Shown here piece after piece: positions 24,935 through 32,000 of a DNA stretch of 32,000 nucleotides (position 1 is the first letter of the stretch; each line of letters begins with the position of its first letter). The stretch is from Bdellovibrionales bacterium (GTDB lineage Bacteria > Bdellovibrionota > Bdellovibrionia > Bdellovibrionales > UBA1609). The notes below the pieces were generated by a model that ran no database searches, was not told the origin of the DNA, and was given only the letters and a program-made list of their open reading frames with translations. The stretch is from positions 990,001 through 1,022,000 of the forward strand of contig OZ252021.1 in the NCBI GenBank assembly GCA_965247685.1. The letters run 5' to 3'. A program made the position numbers and the translations under genes.

Positions 24935-25600
24935 CTAAGAAGTACCTTGAAGAGTCCCTTTTATCAGTTTCATTTGAATACGGCATCGCTGAGCTAATTC
25001 TGGATTATGAGTGACCAGTATTAATATAGTTGGAGATTCTTTGACCAAAGAAAAAAGAAGATTCATGGCCTGTTCTCCCGAATTTGCGTCTAGGTTGCCG
25101 CTGGGTTCATCTGCTAAGAGAACATGAGGTTTGATCACACTCGCTCGGGCTATGGCTGTTCGCTGACATTCTCCTCCACTCATTTGTCGAGGAAGATGAT
25201 TCAATCGATGGGATAAACCTACATAATCCAACTGTTTTTTTGCTTTTTGAGTGGCATTTTTATCTCTTGCAATCTCTAGCGGCAACATCACATTTTCTAG
25301 TGCTGTCAGATGAGGCATCAGATAGTATTGCTGAAAAATAATTCCTATATGTTTTGCTCGAAATTGAACCAATTCGGATTCGCTCATTTGTTGAAGGTTA
25401 TGGCCGTGAATTATGATGTTTCCGTGATCAGGCTGCTCTAAACCTGCAAGCAGAGAAAGAAGTGTTGTTTTACCACTGCCTGAAGGCCCTATAATAGAAA
25501 GTGTTTGAGAGGAGGAAGTTTCAAAATGAATTCCCTTGAGAACCTGAATTTTTTGGGAGGCTTGGAGAAAAGATTTTTCTAAATTTTGAACTTTAATCAT
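24935..25600 (-). CDS. ybbA: ABC transporter ATP-binding protein (YbbA/LolD-like)
   Basis: Walker A GPSGSGKTT, signature MSGGECQR, Walker B LLADEPSGNLD, H-loop VTHN. The 3' region resembles E. coli YbbA as I remember it. Confidence 0.88.
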   Translation of the reverse strand: MIKVQNLEKSFLQASQKIQVLKGIHFETSSSQTLSIIGPSGSGKTTLLSLLAGLEQPDHGNIIIHGHNLQQMSESELVQFRAKHIGIIFQQYYLMPHLTALENVMLPLEIARDKNATQKAKKQLDYVGLSHRLNHLPRQMSGGECQRTAIARASVIKPHVLLADEPSGNLDANSGEQAMNLLFSLVKESPTILILVTHNPELAQRCRIQMKLIKGTLQGTS

Positions 25601-26295
25601 GGGTAAAAACTTTTAAAGTAAGGGTAAAGGGTATTTGTTATAATACGATGTCCTTTTTCGTTAGGGTGTATACCGTCAGGGAGATTATATTCAGGAATAG
25701 TTGCGACACCTTCCAACAGAAAAGGAACATAGGCTATTTTATGTTTTTGGGCAAGATTTGTAAATACTTTTTCAAAAGGAATTCGATAATCGTCTCCATA
25801 GTTTAAAGGAAGTTTAAGTCCTACCAGAATAATTTTAATATTATTAGTTTTTGCAAGTTGAATAGTCTCCTCTAGGTTTTTTTGTATAGTGTCTATAGAG
25901 GTTCCTCTCATCCCATCATTAGATCCAAGAGCAATAAGTACAATATTCGGTTTAAAGGAAAGGTAAGTTTTTAGTCTGCTGAGGGCGGAGCTGGTTGTAG
26001 AACCGTTAATACCTGCATTTATCACTTGGGTTTGATATTGAGGAAATTCTTTATTGAGTTTTTGTTCCAAAAGATGGGGGAAGGTATCTTCTTTATTTAG
26101 GTTGTAGCCGGCAGTAAGAGAGTCTCCTAGTGCAATAAAGATAAATTTTTCTTTTTGTGGAGTTTTATCTTTTATATCTTCGATTGGCTCTGGTTTTTGC
26201 TTTGTGGTGGTGGGTCGGGAAGAAAAAAACATAAAAGAAACTCCTAAAGAGAGTATTACTGTTGATCCTACTATTATTAAATTTTTAGGAGACAT
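25597..26295 (-). CDS. tesA: SGNH/GDSL hydrolase, TesA-like (acyl-CoA thioesterase I / lysophospholipase L1 family)
   Basis: SGNH blocks are present: IALGDSLTAGY, NAGINGSTT, ALGSNDG, DGIHPN. It has an N-terminal signal/anchor. The stop overlaps the ybbA-like start by 4 nt. Confidence 0.85.
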   Translation of the reverse strand: MSPKNLIIVGSTVILSLGVSFMFFSSRPTTTKQKPEPIEDIKDKTPQKEKFIFIALGDSLTAGYNLNKEDTFPHLLEQKLNKEFPQYQTQVINAGINGSTTSSALSRLKTYLSFKPNIVLIALGSNDGMRGTSIDTIQKNLEETIQLAKTNNIKIILVGLKLPLNYGDDYRIPFEKVFTNLAQKHKIAYVPFLLEGVATIPEYNLPDGIHPNEKGHRIITNTLYPYFKSFYP

Positions 26296-26498
26296 CGAAC
26301 TGATACTAAGCTTTTTTTCATCAATCGTGCAAGCTCTTCAGACGATAGACCTTATTGGAATGTCAGGATTGCCCATTCATGTTCAATGGAATGGAGTTTG
26401 AGGAGGGGAGGGGTCTTGAGGGAAAAATTAGGAGATATTTATATAGAACCTCATTGATTATTTGGTCTGATAATTATATTCTTTCTGTTAGTTTCGAT

Positions 26499-26574
26499 GG
26501 CGGTCGTAGTTCAATGGTAGAGCGCCAGATTGTGGTTCTGGTTGTTGCGGGTTCGAATCCCGTCGATCGCCCCA
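26499..26574 (+). tRNA. tRNA-His (GTG anticodon)
   Basis: Hand-folded cloverleaf. The extra G at -1 (26499) pairs with discriminator C. Acceptor stem is GCGGTCG/CGATCGC. Anticodon stem is CCAGA/TCTGG with loop TTGTGGT. T-loop is TTCGAAT. The CCA end is encoded. Confidence 0.9.
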
Positions 26575-26649
26575 TTTCGCATTTTATTCTGATAGATCGA
26601 ATTTTATTACTCTAATCACCATGTGTATAGAGTGTAATAAGTACATAGA

Positions 26650-28083
26650 TTAGTTTTTTTTCCGTTTCCAACCAGATTCAATTAGTTTTTTAAATTTTTC
26701 TCTATTGCCAAATAACAACTCTCTTAAGACTGAAACATTTTTATATGTATTTATCATGTTTCCTCCAAAAATTTTATCCGCCAACTCTTTTTGCCCTTTT
26801 TTACCCTTGTAATCTTCAAATTTGTGGGTTTTAAAATATTCAATCAATTTATAAAATTGATCAGAAGTTCCTAAGAAAACTTTCCAGCCTAATTTCGAAA
26901 ACTCTTCCTTTGATAAAACAGCAGAGACATTCTGAAAAGCTTGTAACATTCGTCCACTGTGATACAATTTTGCATACTCAGCATAACCAATCGGACCTTT
27001 AAATTTCTCTTGAGAACCTTGAATTCTGTCTCTTTCTATTCTAAATTCCTCTGTAGATCCTTGGTAACCTTTCCAGCCTAATTTCGAAAACTCTTCCTTT
27101 GATAAAACAGCAGAGACATTCTTAAAAGCTTTAAACATTTGTCCCTTATAGTACCTCTTTGCATACTTAGCGCAACCCTTCATACCTGTAAAATCTTCTT
27201 TAGGATCCAGAATTCTACCTCTTTCTTTTCTAAACTCTTGTGTAGTTCCTTGGTAACCTTGCCATTCTAATTGCAAAAATTCTTCCTTTGATAAAACAAC
27301 TGAGACATTCTTAAAAGCTTTAGGCATATTTCCAGAATAGTACCTACCTGCATACTCAGCACAACCCTTCATACCTGTAAAATCTTCTTTAGGATCCAGA
27401 ATTCTACCTCTTTCTTTTCTAAACTCTTGTGTAGTTCCTTGATAAGCTTTCCAACCTAATTTCGAAAATTCTTCCTTTGATAAAACAACTGAGACATTCT
27501 GAAAAGCTTTAGGCATATTTCCAAAATAGTACTCGTGTGCATACCAAGCGTAGCCATCCATGTCTGTAAAATCTTCTTCAAAATCCAGAATTCTATCTCT
27601 TTCTTGTCTGAACTCCTCTGTAGTTCCTTGGTATTGTTTCCAGCCTAATTTCAAAAACTCTTCCTTTGATAAAACAGCTGAGACATTGTGATAAGATTTG
27701 TGCATATTTCCAAAAAGGTACTCGAGTGCATACTCAGCGCAACCCTTCATACCTGTAAAATCTTTTTTAGAATTCAGAATTCTATCTCTTTCTTGTCTGA
27801 ATTCTGCTGTAGTTCCTCGGTAAGCTTGCCAACCTAATTTCAAAAATTCTCCCTTTGGTAAATGATTAGATATTTTTTTAAAAACAGTATCCATTTTTAG
27901 ATATGGATACCTCTCTTCTACAAACTGTAAATATCCCTTTTGCCCTCTATACTCTTGTAGATCAGAACTACTTATAAGAATGGAGGGGTTGAGTGTTGTT
28001 ATTGCTTTTGCACAAAGGTTTGCAAAAGCAAAAGGACAGAATAAAAGAATCAATAAAAGCACAGAATAAAAATGTTGAATCAT
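26650..28083 (-). CDS. Family D secreted tandem-repeat protein (five full 63-aa repeats), function unknown
   Basis: Signal peptide MIQHFYSVLLLILLFCPFAFA. The repeat is FR.ER.RIL....DFTGMKGCAEYA..Y..GNM.KAF.NVS.VLSKEEF.KLGWK.YQGTT.E. The N- and C-termini are shared with 28173..28850. Confidence 0.8.
   Translation of the reverse strand: MIQHFYSVLLLILLFCPFAFANLCAKAITTLNPSILISSSDLQEYRGQKGYLQFVEERYPYLKMDTVFKKISNHLPKGEFLKLGWQAYRGTTAEFRQERDRILNSKKDFTGMKGCAEYALEYLFGNMHKSYHNVSAVLSKEEFLKLGWKQYQGTTEEFRQERDRILDFEEDFTDMDGYAWYAHEYYFGNMPKAFQNVSVVLSKEEFSKLGWKAYQGTTQEFRKERGRILDPKEDFTGMKGCAEYAGRYYSGNMPKAFKNVSVVLSKEEFLQLEWQGYQGTTQEFRKERGRILDPKEDFTGMKGCAKYAKRYYKGQMFKAFKNVSAVLSKEEFSKLGWKGYQGSTEEFRIERDRIQGSQEKFKGPIGYAEYAKLYHSGRMLQAFQNVSAVLSKEEFSKLGWKVFLGTSDQFYKLIEYFKTHKFEDYKGKKGQKELADKIFGGNMINTYKNVSVLRELLFGNREKFKKLIESGWKRKKN
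26857..27801 (-). repeat. 189-nt in-frame tandem repeat, 5 units
   Basis: The protein repeat of 63 aa was counted directly. Adjacent DNA units are nearly identical in places, for example the two FRKERGRILDPKEDFTGMKGCA units. Confidence 0.85.
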
Positions 28084-28172
28084 TTTTTGCGCCCCTTTTT
28101 TTAATGCAGATATATTTTTTCAACTTTTATTACTCTAATCACCGTGTGTATAGAGTGTAATAAGTACATAGA

Positions 28173-28850
28173 TTAGTCTTTTTTGAATGTCCAACCAGAT
28201 TTCATTAGGTTTTTAAATTCTTTTCTATCACCAAATAACAACTCACTTAAGACTGAAACATTTCTATAAGTATTCACTATTTGTCCTCCAAAAATTTTAT
28301 TCGCCAACTTTCTTTGCCTTTTTTTACCCTTGTAATCTTCAAATTTGTGGGTTTTAAAATATTCAATCAATTTATAAAATTGATCAGAAGTTCCTATGAA
28401 GGCTTTCCAGCCTAATTTCGAAAATTCTTCTTTTGATAAAACTGCAGAGACATTCTTAAAAGCTTTAGGCATATTTCCAAAAAGGTGCTCGAGCGCATAC
28501 TCAGCGTAACCCTTCATACCTGTAAAATCTTCTTCAGAATCCAGAATTCTGTCTCTTTCTTGTCTGAATTCTGCTGTAGTTCCATGATATGCTTTCCAAC
28601 CTAATTTAAAAAAATTTTGCTTTGATAAAGATTTAGATATTTTTAGAAAAACAGTATCCATTTTTAGATATGGATACCTCTTTTCTACAAACTTTAAATA
28701 TCCATTTTGCCCCCTATACTCTTGTAGATCAGAACTACTTATAAGAATGGAGGGGTTGAGTGTTGTTATTGCTTCTGCACAAAGGTTTGAAAAAGCAAAA
28801 GGACAAAATAAAAGAATCAATAAAAGCATAGAATAAAAGTGTTGAATCAT
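28173..28850 (-). CDS. Family D secreted repeat protein, short paralog (one full repeat)
   Basis: The start is set at the internal Met (MIQHFYSMLLLILLFCPFAFS; CAT at 28848-28850) by alignment with the long paralog. The upstream 89 nt are duplicated from 28084-28172. Confidence 0.8.
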   Translation of the reverse strand: MIQHFYSMLLLILLFCPFAFSNLCAEAITTLNPSILISSSDLQEYRGQNGYLKFVEKRYPYLKMDTVFLKISKSLSKQNFFKLGWKAYHGTTAEFRQERDRILDSEEDFTGMKGYAEYALEHLFGNMPKAFKNVSAVLSKEEFSKLGWKAFIGTSDQFYKLIEYFKTHKFEDYKGKKRQRKLANKIFGGQIVNTYRNVSVLSELLFGDRKEFKNLMKSGWTFKKD

Positions 28851-28937
28851 TTTTTGTGTCCCTGTTTTTAATGCAGATATATTTTTTTCAACTTTTACCA
28901 CTCTAATCACCGTGTGTATAGAGTGTAATAAGTACAT

Positions 28938-28970
28938 AGATTAATCTTTTTTGAATGTCCAACCAGATAT
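28938..28970 (-). pseudogene. Relic 3' end of a third family D copy (..SGWTFKKD-stop)
   Basis: ttaatcttttttgaatgtccaaccagat repeats the last ~9 codons plus the stop of 28173..28850 (ttagtcttttttgaatgtccaaccagat). It ends ~8 nt from the tRNA-Leu 3' end. Confidence 0.6.
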
Positions 28971-28978
28971 TGAAAAAG

Positions 28979-29064
28979 TGGTGCCTCGGGGGAGACTTGA
29001 ACTCCCACAACCTTACGGTCACATGATTTTGAGTCATGCGCGTCTACCATTCCGCCACCAAGGC
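28979..29064 (-). tRNA. tRNA-Leu (CAA anticodon), long variable arm
   Basis: The reverse complement folds as: acceptor GCCTTGG/CCGAGGC, D-arm GCG-GAATGGTAGA-CGC, anticodon stem CATGA/TCATG with loop CTCAAAA, a ~15-nt variable arm, T-arm GGGAG-TTCAAGT-CTCCC, and an encoded ACCA end. Confidence 0.9.
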
Positions 29065-29183
29065 TTTGCCCTAAAGATATGAGTTATAACTCGATAAATA
29101 TCAACTTTTATGAAAAAAAGATGCTTTAAATTAATGTTTTCTTGATTTTTTGTTCCTATTTTGCTAACCACGAGCCTGCAGTT

Positions 29184-29211
29184 AAGCCCCTCAAAGGGGC
29201 TTTCTTTATTT
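29184..29211 (+). promoter_or_regulatory. Leader hairpin plus U-rich tract upstream of rimP (possible attenuator/terminator)
   Basis: AAGCCCC-tcaaa-GGGGCTT (29184-29202) is followed by tctttattt. There is no plus-strand gene upstream, so it lies in the rimP-nusA-infB leader. Confidence 0.35.
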
Positions 29212-29244
29212 ATGTAGGGTTTTTTAAACAATGAGAGTTTGTAT

Positions 29245-29721
29245 ATGAATGTACAAAAAGTTAAAAGTGAAACATTAGAAGAAAAGATAGCAAAGGTTTG
29301 TGAAGAAATAGGCTGTCGACTTTATTATTTAAGACGAAATGTATCTAGCTTGCAGATTTTTATTGATAAACCAGAGAGTGTTGTCGGTTTATCTGATTGT
29401 GAAAAGGTTTCAAAGAAGCTTAAAATATTTTTACCTCAAGAAGGGTTATCGAGCTCTATAGATTTAGAAGTTTCCAGCCCAGGTGTGGAGAAGATTTTAG
29501 TTTATCCATGGCATTTTTCAGAAGTAGTGGGACAAATGATTCGACTCCAAACTGTATCAGATGAGGGTAAGAATAATTTTTGCGGTCTATTATCGAGTGC
29601 AAACGATCAAGGTGTGGTGCTAAAAAGTGAGAGTCAATCTTGTTCTTTTGCATTTAAAAATATTGAGAAAGCAAGTGTCGTTTTTCAATACTCAAAAAAT
29701 AAACAAGTTCATTCAACATAG
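29245..29721 (+). CDS. rimP: Ribosome maturation factor RimP
   Basis: It carries the LEVSSPGVEKIL motif typical of RimP and sits directly upstream of nusA. I prefer ATG 29245 (GAGAG 8 nt upstream) over the tracked TTG at 29239. Confidence 0.85.
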   Translation: MNVQKVKSETLEEKIAKVCEEIGCRLYYLRRNVSSLQIFIDKPESVVGLSDCEKVSKKLKIFLPQEGLSSSIDLEVSSPGVEKILVYPWHFSEVVGQMIRLQTVSDEGKNNFCGLLSSANDQGVVLKSESQSCSFAFKNIEKASVVFQYSKNKQVHST

Positions 29722-29733
29722 GGTGGGTAGAAA

Positions 29734-31716
29734 ATGTTGTCAGATTTAAGTCGTCTTATTGATCAAGTGAGTAAAGATAAAGGGATTGAGAAAAAAATCG
29801 TTACTGAGGCAATTGTTCAAGGTTTACTGAGCGCTGCTCGTAAAAAGTATGGAACTTATCGAGATATTGAAGCGAAATATAATGATGAAATCGGTGAACT
29901 TGAGCTTTTTGAATTTAAGACAGTCATAAAAGACGATGATTTTGTGGATGATCAAATTGAAATTAAATTATCAGATGCTTTAAAACTTGATCCTGAAGCT
30001 CAAGAAGAAGATCAGATCGGAGTTCGGCTGGAAACTAAGGATTTAGGTCGTATTGATGCACATACAGCAAGACAAATTATTTCTCAAAGTATACGAATCG
30101 CAGAACATCAAATGATTTTTAATGAATTTGAAAAGAGAAAAGGTGAAGTGGTCGGTGGTATAGTTCGTCGTGTAGAGCGGGGAGCAATCGTTGTCGATCT
30201 AGATAAAACAGAATCCTATATTCCTCGAAGAGAGCAGATTCTTGGAGAAAAGTACAAGCCAGGAGATCGTATTCAAGGTTACATTTTAGAGGTGGAGCAA
30301 ACAACAAGAGGCCCTCAAATTATTATGTCTCGGGCTCATCCTGAATATTTAATTAAGCTTTTTGAGTCTGAAGTTCCGGAGATTTATGAAGGAATAGTGA
30401 AAATTAAAAAGGCAGCCAGAGAAGCAGGTCATAGAGCAAAAATTGCAGTGTATAGTTTAGACTCTGCCGTTCATCCTGTGGGTGCTTGTGTGGGGATGAA
30501 GGGGTCTCGTGTTCAAAATATTACTCAAGAACTTAAAGGAGAGCGTATTGATGTAGTCATTTGGGATGAAAACCCTGTGCAATTTGTATGTAACGCTTTA
30601 GCTCCTGCAAAAATTGCTAAAGTTTTTGTGGATGAAGAAAATAGAGCTATGGAAGTAGTAGTTCCCGATGATCAACTCTCTTTAGCTATTGGTAAAAGAG
30701 GACAAAATGTTCGCTTAGCAGTTCAACTGACAGAGTGGAAGATCGATATTTTATCCGAACAAGGTTATGAAGAAAGAAGAAAACATTCCTTGTTTAATTT
30801 ACAGTTGATTCCTCAAGTGAGCGAATCACAAGCACAAAACATCTTTCAATCTGGTGTGCAGACTGTTCAAGAGTTACAGGCTTTAAGCGTTGAAAGAATA
30901 CAAAACATTCCGGGTTATGAATCTGAAGAAAAAGCACAAGCTTTGATTCAGGCCGCTAAAGATTTAGTGATGGAATATAAAAAGCAAAACAAAGAGTTTG
31001 AAATACCTCCGAGCACCGAAGAAGAAGTAAAGAATCAAAAACAATTAGGAGCTCAAGCGCAGGCTGATTTAAGGCTCAAAAGAGAGATGGAAAGATTAAA
31101 ATCTGATGATGAAGAATCTTCAGATGCAGAATCTAAACCTGATGAAAATGGCGAATCGGAGAATCAAAAAGAAGCGGTTTCAGCTCAAGAATCTGAAGAT
31201 ACTCCTACTCAACAAAAAGAAGCGGTCTCTGCTCAAGAATCTGAAGATGCTCCTGCTCAACAAAAAGAAGCGGTCTCTGCTCAAGAATCTGAAGATGCTT
31301 CTGCTCAAAAAGAAGCGGTTTCAGCTCAAGAGTCTGAAGATACTCCTGCTCAACAAAAAGAAACGGTCTCTGCTCAAGAGTCTGAAGATGCTCCTGCTCA
31401 AAAAGAAGCGGTTTCAGCTCAAGAGTCTGAAGATGCTCCTGCTCAAAAAGAAGCGGTCTCTGCTCAAGAATCTGAAGATGCTCCTGCTCAACAAAAAGAA
31501 GCGGTCTCTGCTCAAGAATCTGAAGATGCTTCTGCTCAAAAAGAAGCGGTTTCAGCTCAAGAATCTGAAGATACTCCTACTCAACAAAAAGAAACGGTCT
31601 CTGCTCAAGAGTCTGAAGATGCTCCTGCTCAAAAAGAAGCAAGTCATGATATTGAAGAATCCGTAGAAAATGTAGATAACAAACAAGAAGAGGATTCCTC
31701 TTCCACGGAGAAGTGA
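29734..31716 (+). CDS. nusA: Transcription termination/antitermination factor NusA with a long acidic tandem-repeat C-terminal tail
   Basis: The layout is N-terminal domain, S1, KH1 and KH2 (VGACVGMKGSRVQNI and AIGKRGQNVRLA GxxG loops), followed by one HhH-like segment and ten KEAVSAQESEDAPAQ(Q) repeats. GGTGGG lies before the ATG. Confidence 0.93.
   Translation: MLSDLSRLIDQVSKDKGIEKKIVTEAIVQGLLSAARKKYGTYRDIEAKYNDEIGELELFEFKTVIKDDDFVDDQIEIKLSDALKLDPEAQEEDQIGVRLETKDLGRIDAHTARQIISQSIRIAEHQMIFNEFEKRKGEVVGGIVRRVERGAIVVDLDKTESYIPRREQILGEKYKPGDRIQGYILEVEQTTRGPQIIMSRAHPEYLIKLFESEVPEIYEGIVKIKKAAREAGHRAKIAVYSLDSAVHPVGACVGMKGSRVQNITQELKGERIDVVIWDENPVQFVCNALAPAKIAKVFVDEENRAMEVVVPDDQLSLAIGKRGQNVRLAVQLTEWKIDILSEQGYEERRKHSLFNLQLIPQVSESQAQNIFQSGVQTVQELQALSVERIQNIPGYESEEKAQALIQAAKDLVMEYKKQNKEFEIPPSTEEEVKNQKQLGAQAQADLRLKREMERLKSDDEESSDAESKPDENGESENQKEAVSAQESEDTPTQQKEAVSAQESEDAPAQQKEAVSAQESEDASAQKEAVSAQESEDTPAQQKETVSAQESEDAPAQKEAVSAQESEDAPAQKEAVSAQESEDAPAQQKEAVSAQESEDASAQKEAVSAQESEDTPTQQKETVSAQESEDAPAQKEASHDIEESVENVDNKQEEDSSSTEK
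31166..31640 (+). repeat. 45/48-nt in-frame tandem repeat, 10 units, inside nusA
   Basis: Ten VSAQESED cores were counted in the translation. Units differ at TPT/APA/ASA and by the presence or absence of one Gln codon. Confidence 0.9.
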
Positions 31717-32000
31717 TGAAAGTATACGAGTTAGCTAAAGAATTTGGTATCAAGAGTACTGAGCTCGTTCAACGTATGAAGAAGGACTGGAAGATTCCAG
31801 TTCGTAGTTATATGGAAGTTTTGAACGAGGATATGGAAAAAACTGTCCGCCAAAAACTTCAAGCCGATCAGCAAAAAACGGAAACTGGAAAAGAAAAGAA
31901 AGTAGTTAAAAAAGTTGTTCGAAAGGCTGCTCAAAAAAAAGCTGTTCGGAAAGTTTCGCCTTCTAAGGTAGAAGCCCCAGTGAAACCTGCTGTGGAAGAA
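31716..32000 (+). CDS. infB: Translation initiation factor IF-2, N-terminal part (3' end beyond window)
   Basis: ATG at 31716 overlaps the nusA TGA stop (TGATG). My translation MKVYELAKEFGIKSTELVQRMKKDWKIPVRSYMEVLNEDMEK matches the IF2 N-terminal domain. The frame is open to nt 32000. It is absent from the ORF track only because no stop codon lies in the window. Confidence 0.88.
   Translation, partial: MKVYELAKEFGIKSTELVQRMKKDWKIPVRSYMEVLNEDMEKTVRQKLQADQQKTETGKEKKVVKKVVRKAAQKKAVRKVSPSKVEAPVKPAVEE

Noticed and set aside
26355-26615. Tracked ORF of 86 aa, and likewise 26204..26401 and 29034..29231.
   Set aside because: 26355..26615 overlaps the tRNA-His gene and 29034..29231 overlaps tRNA-Leu. 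26204..26401 is antisense to the tesA-like 5' end. None has a coding signature.
31106-31666. Tracked +3-frame ORF (186 aa, KKKRSLLKNLKMLLL..) inside nusA.
   Set aside because: It is an alternative frame of the nusA tandem repeat, and the NusA frame is continuous from the KH domains.

Overview
This is an AT-rich bacterial chromosomal window, roughly one-third G+C by eye (not computed). No taxon can be assigned from the sequence alone. Lipobox-type signal peptides, a prepilin motif and a TesA/YbbA/YbbP-like module suggest a diderm (Gram-negative-type) organism.

The left flank is housekeeping: glpX (5' partial), a large prepilin-motif protein, a di-haem cytochrome c peroxidase, and purL-purQ-purS on the minus strand, divergent from purB. 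The right flank carries co-directional tesA-like/ybbA-like/ybbP-like genes, tRNA-His, tRNA-Leu(CAA) and the rimP-nusA-infB operon (infB 3' partial). NusA has a ten-fold acidic tandem-repeat tail.

The striking part is about 13 kb between purB and ybbP (about 9.05-22.3 kb). It consists only of minus-strand genes for exported proteins, in three tandem paralog sets:
- (A) Two small genes that share promoter, leader and signal peptide but have unrelated mature parts.
- (B) Six copies of a ~190-220 aa four-cysteine secreted/lipoprotein family. Five of the six are followed by their own hairpin terminator.
- (C) Seven ~1.2-1.4 kb units of a lipoprotein family (six intact, one decayed). Each has a conserved lipobox leader, a hypervariable Q/E/K/I-rich nested-repeat stalk and a conserved ~200 aa C-terminal domain that I cannot assign to a known family.

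A fourth mini-array (D) lies between the two tRNA genes: two paralogs with five versus one copy of a 63-aa repeat, plus a relic fragment. I saw no transposase, integrase, reverse transcriptase, CRISPR array or rRNA. All homology statements come from motif recognition by eye; no searches were run.
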